A stretch of DNA of 64,000 nucleotides from an uncultured Verrucomicrobiae bacterium (GCA_963812605.1 CAWEWF010000008.1:185107-249106), one strand, 5' to 3'. Positions 1 through 11,290 are shown, counted from the first letter of the stretch. Numbers and translations are program-made. The notes: generated by a model not told the origin, from the sequence alone.

Positions 1-163
1 CGTGCCGCATCTGCTCGTAGCTTTCCGGGTCTTGGAGCACCGCCCGCGCCTTGCCATTTTGCGTGATGATCACCGGGCGGTGTGTGGCGTTGATTTGCGC
101 CAACAAATCCGCCGCGCTGCCTTTCAGATAGGTCATTGGACGAATGTCTTCTTTAGCCTTCAA
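1..163 (-). CDS. Phd/YefM-family antitoxin (partial, runs off window; absent from ORF track)
   Basis: Manual translation from TTG at 163 with upstream AAGGA: MKAKEDIRPMTYLKGSAADLLAQINATHRPVIITQNGKARAVLQDPESYEQMRH. Contains the Phd motif 'PVIITQNGK.RAVL'. Confidence 0.85.
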   Translation of the reverse strand, partial: MKAKEDIRPMTYLKGSAADLLAQINATHRPVIITQNGKARAVLQDPESYEQMRH

Positions 164-180
164 AGTCGCGGTTCCTTGCG

Positions 181-206
181 GTCTGAATACAGTACTGAAT
201 TCAGAC
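181..206. promoter_or_regulatory. Palindromic operator upstream of antitoxin
   Basis: GTCTGAATACAGTACTGAATTCAGAC is a 26-bp near-perfect inverted repeat just upstream of the phd start. Confidence 0.65.
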
Positions 207-331
207 CGATATGCCAACTGGCGTGTTAACGGTTTCTTGGCCCGCCCATGATGTGCGACCCCACCACGATCGACTTCGTCGCCAAACATGTCGACAGCGC
301 GTTGGGCGAGACACGCCGCAATTAATCCGTC

Positions 332-1556
332 TTACTGCGTCCCAAGCCGGTTGAGTATGTCTCGCACACGATCGACCTCATCTGTACGACCGGCTGCTGA
401 GAAGCCTGCAAGAGCCTCTCGATACACGGCGACTGCTTCGGCTCGCCTTTGTGGTTGATTCGTGAGTAGTTGCCCAAGATTATCCAAACAGAATGGTTTT
501 TCCTCCGCGGACGCAAGAACTAAAGACTTCTTGATTAGCTCTTCTGCTTCCTTCCAGTGGTTGGAATCGGCAGTCAGCATGGCTCCCAAAGAGTTATATG
601 CCAACGCGTTGTTTGGTGTAAGACGTATGACTTCTCGGCAAGCTTCTTCTGCGTCGAGCAAATTACCTTCGTTGAACTGGTGTCTACCCTTGCCTTCTAT
701 CAAGAATTGCGCAAGTAGCTTTGAAGCCATCGGATCGGAAGGAGAGAGGCGAACCGCCTCTCGAAACTCTTTCTCGGCCTCGGTCAGTTTTCCCTGTAAC
801 CAGTAGAGCGAGCCCAAATTGCTGTGAATATCATGGAAGCCCGGGTTTATACGGAGAGCCTCTTGAAAACTCCTTTTCTGCTTCTCCCAGGCGATCCATC
901 TTCATCAAGAACAAACCGAGGGCGTTATGGGTTTTGGCTCTCTGGGGTTGAAGTCGCACCGCTACTCGATATTCTGCCTCTGCCTCTTTGAGCTTTCCCC
1001 GTTGAAACAGGATTTCAGCTAAAGTGGTATGGGGCATTGCCAGACCGGGGTCGAGCCGCATGGCTTCGCGAAGATGCACTTCAGATTCGTCCAAACGACC
1101 CAATGCGAGAAGTGAGGCGGCGAAATCGTTTTGCAACTGGGCGATTGATGGATCCAAATCGACAGCTTTCCGCATCCACGGTTCGGCCTCCGCGGGACGC
1201 CCAAGAAAAAACAACGCCGCTCCTAATCCGCCTGCGGCATACGCAGATTTTGGCGCCAGCGCAACTGCCTTGCGGTACGCTCGCTCCTGCTCGTCGTACC
1301 GCCCAAGCACTTCCAACGCGGCGCCGAGATGCTCCCAGCTCCATGAGTCGTTCGGGGCCAATACGAGGCTGAGTCGTGCCATCCGCTCGGTGTTGGCCCA
1401 ATCGCCCGCCTGTTCGTACGCGTAAGCCCTTAGACGGAAGCGGTAAGCGAGCCACTTCCGACCAGGTCCAAATGCTGCATACATCAACGCGAAGCAGGCA
1501 ATTGCCGCGAGACTTATACAGGCGACACGCCTGCCCCTGTTTGTTCCTGTTTGCAT
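332..1556 (-). CDS. TPR-repeat protein with N-terminal TM, split by a frameshift near 860
   Basis: ORFs 831..1556 and 332..817 both consist of TPR units (EAEAEYRVAVRLQP, EAEKEFREAVRLSP) and join by a frame change. Confidence 0.8.
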
Positions 1557-1798
1557 GGAACGACACGGGGTCTGGTGTATTCTTTGACCATAGTCACGTC
1601 CTCGCCGCTTGGCAACGGGGGAAGTGACGATGCTTCACTCAACAACAGGGAAGGGAGACTTTTTTGGACTGTTGACTCGGAGGCGGAGATAATTTGTCTT
1701 TGAGGCGTTGGAATGCTTGTTTTTCTCTTTCGTTCTAGCCGCAAAGCAGTATTTTGCAAGCGTGGTGTGAGTCTTTGTGAAAGCAAGTTGGTAGCCAT

Positions 1799-3031
1799 AT
1801 GAAGAAAAAAGTTGTTCTCGGATTCTCCGGGGGGTTGGACACCACATTTTGTGTCCTGGGGCTTCGCGACAATGGGTTTGAACCGGTCTGTGTCTGTCTG
1901 GATATCGGCCAAAGCGCCGATCTCGCCGAAGTGAACCGTTCTGCCAAGCTGCTGGGTGTAACCAATGTCAAAGTAATTGATGGCAAAGACAATTTCGCCA
2001 ACATGTTCATCGCACCCGCTCTTAAAGCGAACGCCCTCTACCAAGGTGTCTATCCCCTAGCGACCGCGCTGAGCCGGCCTTACATAGCCAAAATACTCGT
2101 CGATGCTGCCCGAGAGGAGGGAACCAATTACATCGCCCATGGATCTACTGGCAAAGGAAATGACCAGGTCCGCATTGAAATGGGGGTTCGTGCCTTGCTT
2201 CCGAATGCTGAAATCGTTGACCCGATCCGGGACAACAGTTTGAGCCGGGATTACGAAATTGATTTCCTCCTGAAACAAGGGATCGATCTGGGTTACACGC
2301 GGAAAAAACCCTACAGTGTCGATCAGAATATTTGGGGTAGAAGCATCTGTGCCGGCATTCTTGAAGATCTCCACGTTGCTCCGCCGGAAACGGTTTTTGA
2401 ATGGACGAAATCGCCGGAAAACTGTCCCAATGAGCCGAGGACCGTTGAAATTGAATTTGACGGCGGGTTACCGGTTGCTCTGGATGGCGTACGGACTTCG
2501 TTTATTGATCTCATTACTCAGTTGAACAAAATCGGCGGCGAACATGGCATTGGCCGTATCGACCATATTGAAGACCGCCTGGTAGGGCTCAAATCGCGCG
2601 AGTTGTACGAAGCACCCGCCGCAATTATTTTGATCAAAGCGCACAAACTACTGGAGTCGCTCACATTGGCGAAATCTTCGCTCGATTTCAAACAAACCGT
2701 TGATGAGGAATACGCCCGGATGATTTACCTGGGCAACTGGTTCTCCCTGCATCACCTAGACCTTCTTGCGTACCTGCAGCAAAATCAGTCCATGGTGAGC
2801 GGAACGATCCAACTCAAATTGTACAAGGGGAATTGCACGGTAATAAGCCGGGAATCCACTAACTCTTTGTACAAGCCAAACCTGATCACTTACGGCGAAA
2901 AGAGCGAGTTTGATCAAAGGAATGGCGCTGCATTTTCCCGTATGCTCGGGATGGAAAGCTTTGTGCAAGCTTCCGTCCAGATTTCCAATATCGGGAACAA
3001 GATTGAACGGCTAATCGGCCCTGCGCCATAG
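1799..3031 (+). CDS. argG: Argininosuccinate synthase
   Basis: SGGLDT, HGSTGKGNDQVR, PYSVDQNIWGRS, GRIDHIEDRLVGLKSRELYEAPA motifs. Confidence 0.93.
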   Translation: MKKKVVLGFSGGLDTTFCVLGLRDNGFEPVCVCLDIGQSADLAEVNRSAKLLGVTNVKVIDGKDNFANMFIAPALKANALYQGVYPLATALSRPYIAKILVDAAREEGTNYIAHGSTGKGNDQVRIEMGVRALLPNAEIVDPIRDNSLSRDYEIDFLLKQGIDLGYTRKKPYSVDQNIWGRSICAGILEDLHVAPPETVFEWTKSPENCPNEPRTVEIEFDGGLPVALDGVRTSFIDLITQLNKIGGEHGIGRIDHIEDRLVGLKSRELYEAPAAIILIKAHKLLESLTLAKSSLDFKQTVDEEYARMIYLGNWFSLHHLDLLAYLQQNQSMVSGTIQLKLYKGNCTVISRESTNSLYKPNLITYGEKSEFDQRNGAAFSRMLGMESFVQASVQISNIGNKIERLIGPAP

Positions 3032-3138
3032 GAATCCGTAACACCTCGCGGCTATGGTTCCAGCCCGAATTCTCTTGAAGTCACGCGGGGTTCTGTTTAC
3101 TTTGCCCGTGCGAGTTCTTTGAGTCGTTTATGTCTCAA

Positions 3139-3297
3139 CACGTCGGCGCAGGGAATGCCGTGAGATTCGGCAACAGTGGCGCTGCTGTAACTGGTTACGA
3201 AAGCCCAACCTCGAAAATATTCGGGGTGGACAGCCATCCAAACGGAGAAGGCGGGCGAGTAGGTCTGAGGCCAGAAGTCAGAATAACGGCCAACGTG
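3139..3297 (+). ncRNA. Cobalamin (B12) riboswitch
   Basis: AGGGAA-TGCCGTGAGATTCGGCA-ACAG..GCTGCTGTAA core, AGCCAT..GGAGAAGG, and a B12-box-like AAGTCAGAATAACGGCC. The ends CACGTCGGC and GCCAACGTG can pair. Lies 36 nt upstream of the next gene. Confidence 0.8.
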
Positions 3298-3333
3298 GCA
3301 TCCAACAATCCTTCGAACCAAAGGAGTAGTGTC

Positions 3334-4335
3334 ATGTATCACCGCAGATTATTCGTCGCCGCCATTACCGGGGCCATCGCCACGGTGTCTTTCGTTTCTC
3401 AAACCTTCGCCGACTGGACGCAGTTTTCTCTGCCCAATCTCACCGACGCATTTTCCCCAACCGCAATCACTGTTTTGCCGGATGGGCAATACGTGTTCGC
3501 CAACGAGGGCACCTACTACCAACAGAACGCGTTTGGTCTTCCCAGTTATACCGCCTACAATAATGTCTCGCCGGGAGACAGTGCGGATCCCTCTTTCCTC
3601 GCTGTTTGGGACGGGACGCATGCCGTGGCCGGCGGCGGCGGGTTTGGAGCCAGTGATCTTTATCAGTTCAATCCGGCATCCTTGAGCGCGCCGAGTTTTA
3701 CCGCGCAGGGTCTGTCCCTGCAGAACTTCTCGGGTGTCTTTCGCGATGCGAACAGCCTGTATGTCGGAGGCGGCAATGGCACGAACTCCACCCACGCCAT
3801 CAGCTACGTCAATCTCGCGACGGATACCACCAAGGTAATCATTGATGACATATCAACCTACAGTTGCGCCTTCGCGCAAGATTCTGCCGGCGATCTTTAC
3901 GTCGGTGATGAGGACAATCAGAAAGTTTATAAGTTTACGGCCGCCCAGTTGAACCTGGCGATTTCCGGCTCGCCGTTGTCCATTACCAACGGCACCTTCG
4001 TCTATCAATCCATCAACTCGTTGGGCTCCATGGCCATTGATGGTCAGGGACGGATTTGGACGAGTGGTTACTTGGCGAACGGTCTGCAGGTATTCGACCC
4101 GGTATCCGACACGGAAACCACGGTGGTCCCCGGTTTGACGAATGCCAACTACATGGTCACCACGTTTTCCGTGAGTGGCCAAAATTATGTCGGTTACACA
4201 GACGAGGCCAATCCCTTCGAAGGGGGGACAGCCCAGTATTACGGATTTGAAGCCGTACCCGAGCCGGGGGCATTTGGCCTCACCGCCGCCGGCGTGATAG
4301 CGCTGGCGGTGTGTCGCCGCAAACAACGTCGTTGA
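3334..4335 (+). CDS. Secreted beta-rich (probable beta-propeller) PEP-CTERM protein
   Basis: AAGGAG RBS, signal peptide, blade-like repeats (DSAGDLYVGD, DGQGRIWTSG), C-terminal VPEPG + TM + RRKQRR. Confidence 0.85.
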   Translation: MYHRRLFVAAITGAIATVSFVSQTFADWTQFSLPNLTDAFSPTAITVLPDGQYVFANEGTYYQQNAFGLPSYTAYNNVSPGDSADPSFLAVWDGTHAVAGGGGFGASDLYQFNPASLSAPSFTAQGLSLQNFSGVFRDANSLYVGGGNGTNSTHAISYVNLATDTTKVIIDDISTYSCAFAQDSAGDLYVGDEDNQKVYKFTAAQLNLAISGSPLSITNGTFVYQSINSLGSMAIDGQGRIWTSGYLANGLQVFDPVSDTETTVVPGLTNANYMVTTFSVSGQNYVGYTDEANPFEGGTAQYYGFEAVPEPGAFGLTAAGVIALAVCRRKQRR

Positions 4336-5450
4336 ACTTAAAAAAACAGTTGGCATTCACCATGGCGGCGGCGCTGATTGCGGTCAGCGCCGCCGCCGGG
4401 CCATTTCCCGACTATAACCAGGGGATTCTGTCCAACGACGCGCGCATTGTCGGCTGGGCCACCGGCTGGCAGGATTTCATCCAACCCGATCCGGCCAGTG
4501 GCGGGTTCGCCCACAATAACAGCAACCAAATCGACTCGATTGACCAGGCCATCCTGGGCGCGCCGACCGACTTCACGCTGAATGGCACCACGAAGCATGT
4601 ATTGTCTCTAGGTCACGGCGCTTCCATTACGCTGACGTTTGGTCGCGCCGTACCCCGGCAGGGCAACTGGAGTTTTGCCGTGTTTAACAATGCGTTTCTG
4701 TCTACAGCCCCCGGTCTTGATGGCCGCGGGGGGGGTACCAATTACGTATATAACGGGCTCGGCACCAATCTGGTCTCCGTCGCCCGCGGCGATAACTTCG
4801 TATGGTGCAAGCCGGCATTTGTGGACGTTTCTTCGGATGCGACCAATTGGGCGCGTTTCCCCGTGACCTATTGGAACACAGACGTTCTGTTTCAGGCATC
4901 TGTACCCGATACGCCCGATCACTGGCTCAGTCAGGATGTGACCATGATCGACGGTCTGGCCGGAAAAGTTATCTTGCAGTACGGAACACCCTTTTCGTTG
5001 TCCACGCTGACCAATTCTTCCCCGGTGATCAGCGGCTCCGTTAACCTGGACAATATTCGTTACATCCGCCTGACCGACGTGATTGGGGACGGCAGCACCA
5101 CGGACCAGTATGGGAACGTAATCCGCTCGCCATATTATGATGGCACGCAATTACCCGCACTCGTTGCCGCACCCGATTCGAGCACGGATGGCTTTTGCTT
5201 GCGAGGCGTGGCCATTCTCGAAACTCCCGCGCCGACGATCAGCGGAACAGCGATGTCGCAAACCGGTTTCCTGATCAACGTCAGTGGACTATTCAGCGGC
5301 CAGACTTATTGCGTGCAGACTACCACCAATTTGGCGGTCGCCTCCTGGACGAATGAAACAAACTTCGCGGCCAGTGGCAATTCCGCCACCTTGACCAACG
5401 ACCCTGGGAACACCCCAAAGAAGTTTTACCGAATTGGGCAAATGCCGTGA
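4332..5450 (+). CDS. Secreted protein with BtuH-like/cell-surface domain and C-terminal FYR-tail domain
   Basis: TTG start overlaps the upstream TGA; signal peptide; '[48 protein letters not shown]'; C-terminal '[14 protein letters not shown]...KKFYRI'. BtuH similarity is recalled, not computed. Confidence 0.7.
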   Translation: MNLKKQLAFTMAAALIAVSAAAGPFPDYNQGILSNDARIVGWATGWQDFIQPDPASGGFAHNNSNQIDSIDQAILGAPTDFTLNGTTKHVLSLGHGASITLTFGRAVPRQGNWSFAVFNNAFLSTAPGLDGRGGGTNYVYNGLGTNLVSVARGDNFVWCKPAFVDVSSDATNWARFPVTYWNTDVLFQASVPDTPDHWLSQDVTMIDGLAGKVILQYGTPFSLSTLTNSSPVISGSVNLDNIRYIRLTDVIGDGSTTDQYGNVIRSPYYDGTQLPALVAAPDSSTDGFCLRGVAILETPAPTISGTAMSQTGFLINVSGLFSGQTYCVQTTTNLAVASWTNETNFAASGNSATLTNDPGNTPKKFYRIGQMP

Positions 5451-6286
5451 TTGGCAAGCGTACATCGACTGTTCCTGTGCCGTCGCAATCGCGCTCGTTG
5501 CGGGAGGGGACCGGCTTCACTCTCATCGAGTTGCTTGTGGTACTCGCAATCATTGGTTTGCTAACGGCGCTATTGCTGCCCACCTTGTCACAAACGCGCG
5601 AGAGTGGTCGCCAGGCGGCTTGCCTCAGCAATCTGCGGCAACTGTACCTGGCCAACCTCACCTATGCCACGGAGTGCGGTTACTACGCCCCGGCCGCGCC
5701 GGATATTTGGGGCAATAACCTGATTCGGTGGTATGGTTCGCGCCCGGCCGCGGGAGTCCCGTTTGACTCGCGCGGCGGTCCGCTGTCTCCGTACCTGGGC
5801 GGGAGCAAAGGCGTGCGCGCTTGTCCTTCGATGGTGAAGTGGAATTTTCTGATGACGGGAGACAATGCCTTCGAAGCGGGTTGCGGCGGCTATGGCTACA
5901 ACTATCTCGGCGTGGGCTCGCAGAGTTATTCCATGGGCTATACGGAAGCTGCCGGCCTGTCGGGCATGCATCCGGAGGACATCAGCCGCCCAACGACAAC
6001 CGTCATGTTTTGCGACACCGCCTTTTCCCAATTCAGCGGCGGCCAAACCTACTTGATCGAGTATTCCTTTGCGGAGCCCGACAAATTCCTCAGCGCCGCG
6101 GGTGTGATGTACGGCCAACCGACTCCGTCCATCCACTTCCGACACCGCCAGCGCGCGAACATTGTCTGGTGCGACGGCCATGCTACAGCCGAACCCCTGA
6201 CGCGCTCCGACTCCAGTCTTTCAGAGAAACTCATGGTGGGTTGGTTCGGGAATGAAATTAGCAACTACTATTTCGCCCCTTTTTAA
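5447..6286 (+). CDS. Prepilin-type N-terminal cleavage/methylation protein with H-X9-DG motif (DUF1559-like)
   Basis: [17 protein letters not shown]; CLSNLRQL; [13 protein letters not shown]; GTGA overlap with the upstream gene. Confidence 0.92.
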   Translation: MIGKRTSTVPVPSQSRSLREGTGFTLIELLVVLAIIGLLTALLLPTLSQTRESGRQAACLSNLRQLYLANLTYATECGYYAPAAPDIWGNNLIRWYGSRPAAGVPFDSRGGPLSPYLGGSKGVRACPSMVKWNFLMTGDNAFEAGCGGYGYNYLGVGSQSYSMGYTEAAGLSGMHPEDISRPTTTVMFCDTAFSQFSGGQTYLIEYSFAEPDKFLSAAGVMYGQPTPSIHFRHRQRANIVWCDGHATAEPLTRSDSSLSEKLMVGWFGNEISNYYFAPF

Positions 6287-6352
6287 ATCACGACCCATGG
6301 CCATCTTTAAGGAGAATGGAAGGCTGTTCCGGCAAGTTTACCGACTACCGTA

Positions 6353-7733
6353 CTAGGCGCCAATTCGCTCTCGGATCCGTCCCGCGATTTCGTCGGCGAA
6401 TGATTTGATCTGGTCGCCGTCGGGGCCTTCGATGAGGAGGCGCGCTTTGGGTTCGGTGCCGGAATAGCGGAGCAGAACGCGACCCTGGCCGCCAAGCTTG
6501 GCCTCGACTTCTTTGACGAGCCGCGTAACGTCGGGCAGCGTGTCCCAGGCGGGTTTGTCTTTTACCCGCACATTGACGACGATCTGCGGGAACTTCGTAC
6601 AGACCTGGCGCAATTCACTCAGCGTCTTGCCGGTGTCCATCATGATGCGCAGGACTTGCAGCGCGCTGACGATCGCCGTCGCCTGTCGTGGTGAAATCGC
6701 GGAAAATCATGTGACCGGATTGCTCGCCGCCGACGTTCAGGTCGTCCTGCAGCATCTTTTCGATGACGTAACGGTCACCGACCTGTGTTCGCACAACCTT
6801 CCCGCCTGCCTCGCGAATCGCGTGGTCGAGCCCGAGGTTGCTCATTACGGTGGCCACAAGCGTGTTTTTCTTGAGCGCCCCGCGCGCGAGCCAGTCCAAC
6901 GCCGTGATCGCCAGCACGTCATCGCCGTCGACGAGATTGCCAGCTTCATCGCACAACTGGACACGGTCACCATCCCCGTCGTGCGAGAGGCCGATATCGG
7001 CGCCGTGCTGGCTTACCGCGCGGCAAATCACGTCTGGATACGTGCTGCCGCATTCCTTGTTGATATTCGTGCCGTCGGGCGCGTCGTTCAGCACGGTGAC
7101 TTTTGCCCCCAACTCCCGCAGCACGCACGGCGTGCTCTTGTAGGTGGCGCCATTTCCCACGTCCACCACGACGCGCAAGCCCTCCAGCGTCATGCCCTTG
7201 GGAAAAGCCGCCTTCACAAACTCAACATACCGGCCGAGGGCGTCGTCAATGCGCATCGCCTTGCCGATGGCGTCGGCGGTCGGGCGGATCTTCTCGACCT
7301 CGCCGCTGAAAACCAGGTCCTCAATCTGTTTCTCGATGGCGTCATCGAGTTTGTAACCGTCATCGCGAAAAAACTTGATGCCGTTGTCCTCATAGGGATT
7401 GTGCGAGGCGGTGAGCACGATGCCCGCGTCGGCGCGCAACGAGCGTGTCGTGTACGCAACACCGGGAGTGGGCAACGGACCGATCAGCAATACGTCCACT
7501 CCCATCGAAAGGATGCCGGCGGAGATCGCGTTCTCCATCATGTAGCCGCTCAGCCGCGTGTCCTTGCCGACGACGATCTTATGGCGGCCATGCCCCTTGG
7601 CCACGGGTGTGCGGGTTTTGAAAACATGCGCCGCCGCGCGGCCCAGTTTCAGGGCTGTTTCCGAGGTGACCGGCTCGACGTTGGCCACGCCGCGCACCCC
7701 GTCCGTCCCGAACAGCTTCTTGTCATTCCCCAT
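6353..7733 (-). CDS. glmM: Phosphoglucosamine mutase (frameshift near 6670)
   Basis: [28 protein letters not shown]; C-terminal '[15 protein letters not shown]' is in ORF 6353..6643. Confidence 0.92.
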
Positions 7734-7738
7734 AAATT

Positions 7739-8428
7739 CTACGGCCTTTGTTCTATCCCGCGCCCCGGCGCGACATCCACCGCGTGTCCCGTGCCAATCC
7801 GCACGTCCACTTCCACCCAATGCCGCTGCGCCAATCCTTCCGGAAACGCCAGCGGCGCCAATTCAACGCGCTCGCGAAAGGAAGTGCGCCGTCCGGTAAC
7901 GTCGATCGGCAGCGTGGCGATACTGTTCATTCCACTCAGGAGTGTTTTCGGTCCCTTCACCTTCACGGTTTCGGGCTGCGTAATCACGCGTTCGACGGAC
8001 AAATTGGGAGGCAATTCGCCGCCAAATTGCGGCTGCACGGGCAGGTCGCGCCCAATCATCTCGTCAACCTTGACGGTCACCTCCGCCGGATCCACTTCCG
8101 TCACCTGCACGTGCTGTGAGTGCCGCACCGAGGACGGCGAGAGCCGGACGGTGATCGGTCCTCGGCGATCGTCGCGTGTCAAATCCACTACCGCGGACAA
8201 ATCCTGCCGCGAAACCTGCCGCACGTCTTCGCGTGTGCCGCGCACCGTTACGCTGACCGTCGCGGCGCTGGTCTGCAAGACAGTCACCCCCGGCTCTGCC
8301 TTGACCTCCAACGGCACGCCGTCGATCGTGCGCCAATCGCTGGTAATACGCTTCACAAAAAACCACGCGCAGGTCGCCAGGACCAACGACGCTACCTTGA
8401 GACCGGCATTATTGGAGAGCCAGCCCAT
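7739..8428 (-). CDS. cdaR: CdaR/YbbR-like regulator
   Basis: N-terminal TM '[15 protein letters not shown]', YbbR-like repeats, located between cdaA and glmM. Confidence 0.8.
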   Translation of the reverse strand: MGWLSNNAGLKVASLVLATCAWFFVKRITSDWRTIDGVPLEVKAEPGVTVLQTSAATVSVTVRGTREDVRQVSRQDLSAVVDLTRDDRRGPITVRLSPSSVRHSQHVQVTEVDPAEVTVKVDEMIGRDLPVQPQFGGELPPNLSVERVITQPETVKVKGPKTLLSGMNSIATLPIDVTGRRTSFRERVELAPLAFPEGLAQRHWVEVDVRIGTGHAVDVAPGRGIEQRP

Positions 8429-9363
8429 TAGCGCCGAGCCTCTTTGCGTCGCTCCTGACTATGCTCCCCTTCCGTGTCAGCGTCGTGGCCCTCGAACCCC
8501 TCGACTTTGTCGTCAATTCCTTCCTCGGTTCCCGAGGGCGTCTCACGGACCGCCAGGCTGCCGAATACACGCCGTCCCAGTTCCGCCAGCCAATTGCTGC
8601 GACGCGGGACGGATGTCAACGTCGTTGTCAGGAACGCCCGCAAGCCGTCGGGATCCAGTCCCTGCACCAAATGGCCGCGATGCGCGACGGAGATTTCGCC
8701 CGTCTCTTCGCTTACCACCACCACGACGGCATCCGAGTCCTCGGTCAATCCCAGCGCCGCCCGGTGGCGCATCCCCGTGCTGGCGCTCAATCCCTGTCGT
8801 TGCGTCAGCGGAAATACGCAGGCCGCCGCGACGATCTGGTCGCCCCGCAATACCACGCCACCGTCGTGCAGGGGCGTGTTCGGGAAGAAAATCGTCGTCA
8901 GCAACTCGGGGGTGGCCTTCGCGCCAATGGGCACGCCGGTTTCAGACACGCCGCGGAAACCAATTTCGCGTTCGACCGCCATCAAGCCGCCGCAACGTTT
9001 CTGCGACAGCGAACGAGCGGTCTCCACCAGCACATCGATCATCTCGCCGCGTTGCTTCGGGCTCGAGAACAATTGGCGGCTGCCGACCTCCGCCAGGGCC
9101 CGCCGCCACTCGGGTTGGAAGATGACCAACACGGCAATGGCCAGGAAGGTGAAGAAGCGGCCGAGGATCCAGCTGATGACATCCAATTGAAAGAGCTGCG
9201 TCAGTCCCACAATGACGAGCAGGACAATGACAAAGCCGGTAAGCACCGCCGCCCCGCGGGTCCCGCGGAACAGCAAAAACATGTAGTAAATAAACGCTGC
9301 CAGCAGCGCGATCTCGAAGACCGGCTTCCAATAGGCGGCGATGAATTCCAGGACAATTTCCAT
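8428..9363 (-). CDS. cdaA: Diadenylate cyclase CdaA/DacA
   Basis: Three N-terminal TMs, 'IFQPEWRRAL', 'PLHDGGV', 'GMRHRAALG'. Confidence 0.93.
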   Translation of the reverse strand: MEIVLEFIAAYWKPVFEIALLAAFIYYMFLLFRGTRGAAVLTGFVIVLLVIVGLTQLFQLDVISWILGRFFTFLAIAVLVIFQPEWRRALAEVGSRQLFSSPKQRGEMIDVLVETARSLSQKRCGGLMAVEREIGFRGVSETGVPIGAKATPELLTTIFFPNTPLHDGGVVLRGDQIVAAACVFPLTQRQGLSASTGMRHRAALGLTEDSDAVVVVVSEETGEISVAHRGHLVQGLDPDGLRAFLTTTLTSVPRRSNWLAELGRRVFGSLAVRETPSGTEEGIDDKVEGFEGHDADTEGEHSQERRKEARR

Positions 9364-9368
9364 GATTA

Positions 9369-10205
9369 CTATCGGGCCTGCTGTACGGCCTCTATCATCC
9401 GCACCACGTCGGACATCTCGGCCACATCGTGCACACGCAAGATGCGTGCCCCGTGCGCGACGGCCCAGGCGACGGTGGCGGCTGTTCCCCAAAGCCGCCC
9501 GTCCGCCTCGCGCGCCGTCCGCGATCCGGACGGGGCGAGCACCTTGTTAATGAATGACTTGCGGGACGTGCCCACCAAGAGCGGACAGCCCAGCGAGCTG
9601 AATACGTCCAAGCGTGCCAGCAACCGCAAGTTGTCTTCAACAGTTTTGCCGAAGCCGATACCGGGGTCAACGGCGATTTGCGTTTTTTTTAGCCCCCGCG
9701 CCTCCGCAAACGCGATTCGCTCCGCCAAAAACGAGCTTACTTCCCCAACCACGTCATCGTAATGGGGCCTTTGTTGCATCGTTTGGGGTGTGCCTTGCAT
9801 ATGCATTAACACCGTGCCGGCGCCAGCGTCTCGCACAACATCCACCATTTGCGGGTCGAACCGCAGCGCGCTAATATCATTTACGATGCGCGCACCCGCC
9901 GCGAGAGCCCGTTCCGCAACCGCGCTTTTTGTTGTGTCCACGGAAACGACCAAATCCCGCAACTGTTCGACCACCGGCAGGACGCGCCGCAATTCCTCCT
10001 CCGCGCCGACGGGTTCCGCACCCGGCCGCGAGCTTTCCCCGCCAACATCAATGATGTCCGCCCCCGCTTGTGCCATTTTGCGCGCGTGCTCAAGGGCGCG
10101 ATCAACGTCCAGAAACTTTCCGCCGTCAGAAAATGAATCGGGGGTCACGTTCAACACGCCCATGATAAGCGCGCGCGATGTGTCCCAGTGAAACGTCGTT
10201 GCCAT
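9369..10205 (-). CDS. folP: Dihydropteroate synthase
   Basis: MGVLNVTPDSFSDGG, DPGIGFGK, SRKS, RVHDV. Confidence 0.96.
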   Translation of the reverse strand: MATTFHWDTSRALIMGVLNVTPDSFSDGGKFLDVDRALEHARKMAQAGADIIDVGGESSRPGAEPVGAEEELRRVLPVVEQLRDLVVSVDTTKSAVAERALAAGARIVNDISALRFDPQMVDVVRDAGAGTVLMHMQGTPQTMQQRPHYDDVVGEVSSFLAERIAFAEARGLKKTQIAVDPGIGFGKTVEDNLRLLARLDVFSSLGCPLLVGTSRKSFINKVLAPSGSRTAREADGRLWGTAATVAWAVAHGARILRVHDVAEMSDVVRMIEAVQQAR

Positions 10206-10288
10206 AAGCCTAGTTTACGCCAGCTGGGACATACATACACTGGAAAAACCTTGCCGAGCCGAGGCGTCTTGCTAACTTTGGAGAGTAT

Positions 10289-11290
10289 ATGGCGCTTCCC
10301 AACCCGTTCCGAGCCCTGATCCTTGAAAATCCCGATGGGGCCATCCGTGCTGGCGTCAAGGAACTCCCGATCGGCTCCCTGCCCGCTGGAGACGTTCTCG
10401 TTTCGGTTGCGTACTCGAGCCTGAATTACAAGGACGCGCTCGCGGTCACCAATCGCGGCAAGATCGTGCGCCGCTTCCCGATGGTACCGGGCATCGATTT
10501 GTCTGGCGTCGTGGCGGAGTCAACGTCGGGCTCGTTCAAAACCGGTGATCCGGTCGTACTCACCGGCTGGGGCGTGGGCGAGGAACATTGGGGTGGGTTC
10601 GGGCAACTGGCACGCGTGAAGTCGGGCTGGCTTTTGCCCCTGCCTCAGGGATTGACATTGAAACAGGCCATGCAGATTGGCACCGCCGGTCTGACGGCGA
10701 TGTTTTGCGTGATGGCGCTGGAGGAACACGGCGTGCGACCCGACAAAGGCGAGATCGTGGTCACGGGCGCGACCGGCGGCGTGGGCTGCATCGCCGTGCT
10801 GTTGCTGGGGAAACTCGGTTACAAAATCGTAGCCTCCACCGGCAAAGCTGATGCGCACGAGTTCCTGAAGTCTCTCGGCGCCCACGAAGTGATCGATCGC
10901 AATAAGTTGGCGGCGCGGAGTGACAAACCGCTGGAGCGAGGGCGCTGGGCGGGCGCTGTGGACTCGGTTGGCGGGGAAACGCTTGCCACGCTGCTGCGAC
11001 AGATGGAACGCGAGGGCTGCGTGACATCCGTCGGCCTGGCCGGTGGCGCCGAGCTTCGCACGACCGTCTATCCGTTCATCCTGCGAGCGGTGAGCCTCGT
11101 CGGCATTTCGTCCGTGTACATGGCGACGGAACGACGGCGCGCGGCATGGACACGGCTGGCAGGTGAACTGCCGATGGAAACGCTGGATCGATTGACCCAG
11201 ATAACGCGATTGGCCGATGTGCCCGCGCTGGCCGAGCAGATGATCGAAGGGAAAATTCGCGGACGCGCGGTGATCGATGTAAACGCGTAG
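10289..11290 (+). CDS. acuI: MDR-family oxidoreductase, YhdH/AcuI-like
   Basis: YSSLNYKDAL, PGIDLSG, IGTAGLTA, TGATGGVG, GAVDSVGG, PFILRAV. Confidence 0.85.
   Translation: MALPNPFRALILENPDGAIRAGVKELPIGSLPAGDVLVSVAYSSLNYKDALAVTNRGKIVRRFPMVPGIDLSGVVAESTSGSFKTGDPVVLTGWGVGEEHWGGFGQLARVKSGWLLPLPQGLTLKQAMQIGTAGLTAMFCVMALEEHGVRPDKGEIVVTGATGGVGCIAVLLLGKLGYKIVASTGKADAHEFLKSLGAHEVIDRNKLAARSDKPLERGRWAGAVDSVGGETLATLLRQMEREGCVTSVGLAGGAELRTTVYPFILRAVSLVGISSVYMATERRRAAWTRLAGELPMETLDRLTQITRLADVPALAEQMIEGKIRGRAVIDVNA

Noticed and set aside
3130-3333. N-terminal 68-aa extension of the PEP-CTERM ORF
   Set aside because: It overlaps the riboswitch; the RBS and signal peptide indicate a start at 3334.
6498-9125. 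875-aa plus-strand ORF and similar long ORFs (8461..9762, 11617..12915, 19920..21383, 36229..37440, 46705..48399, 53228..54760)
   Set aside because: These are antisense shadows of well-identified genes in GC-rich DNA and show no motifs of their own.
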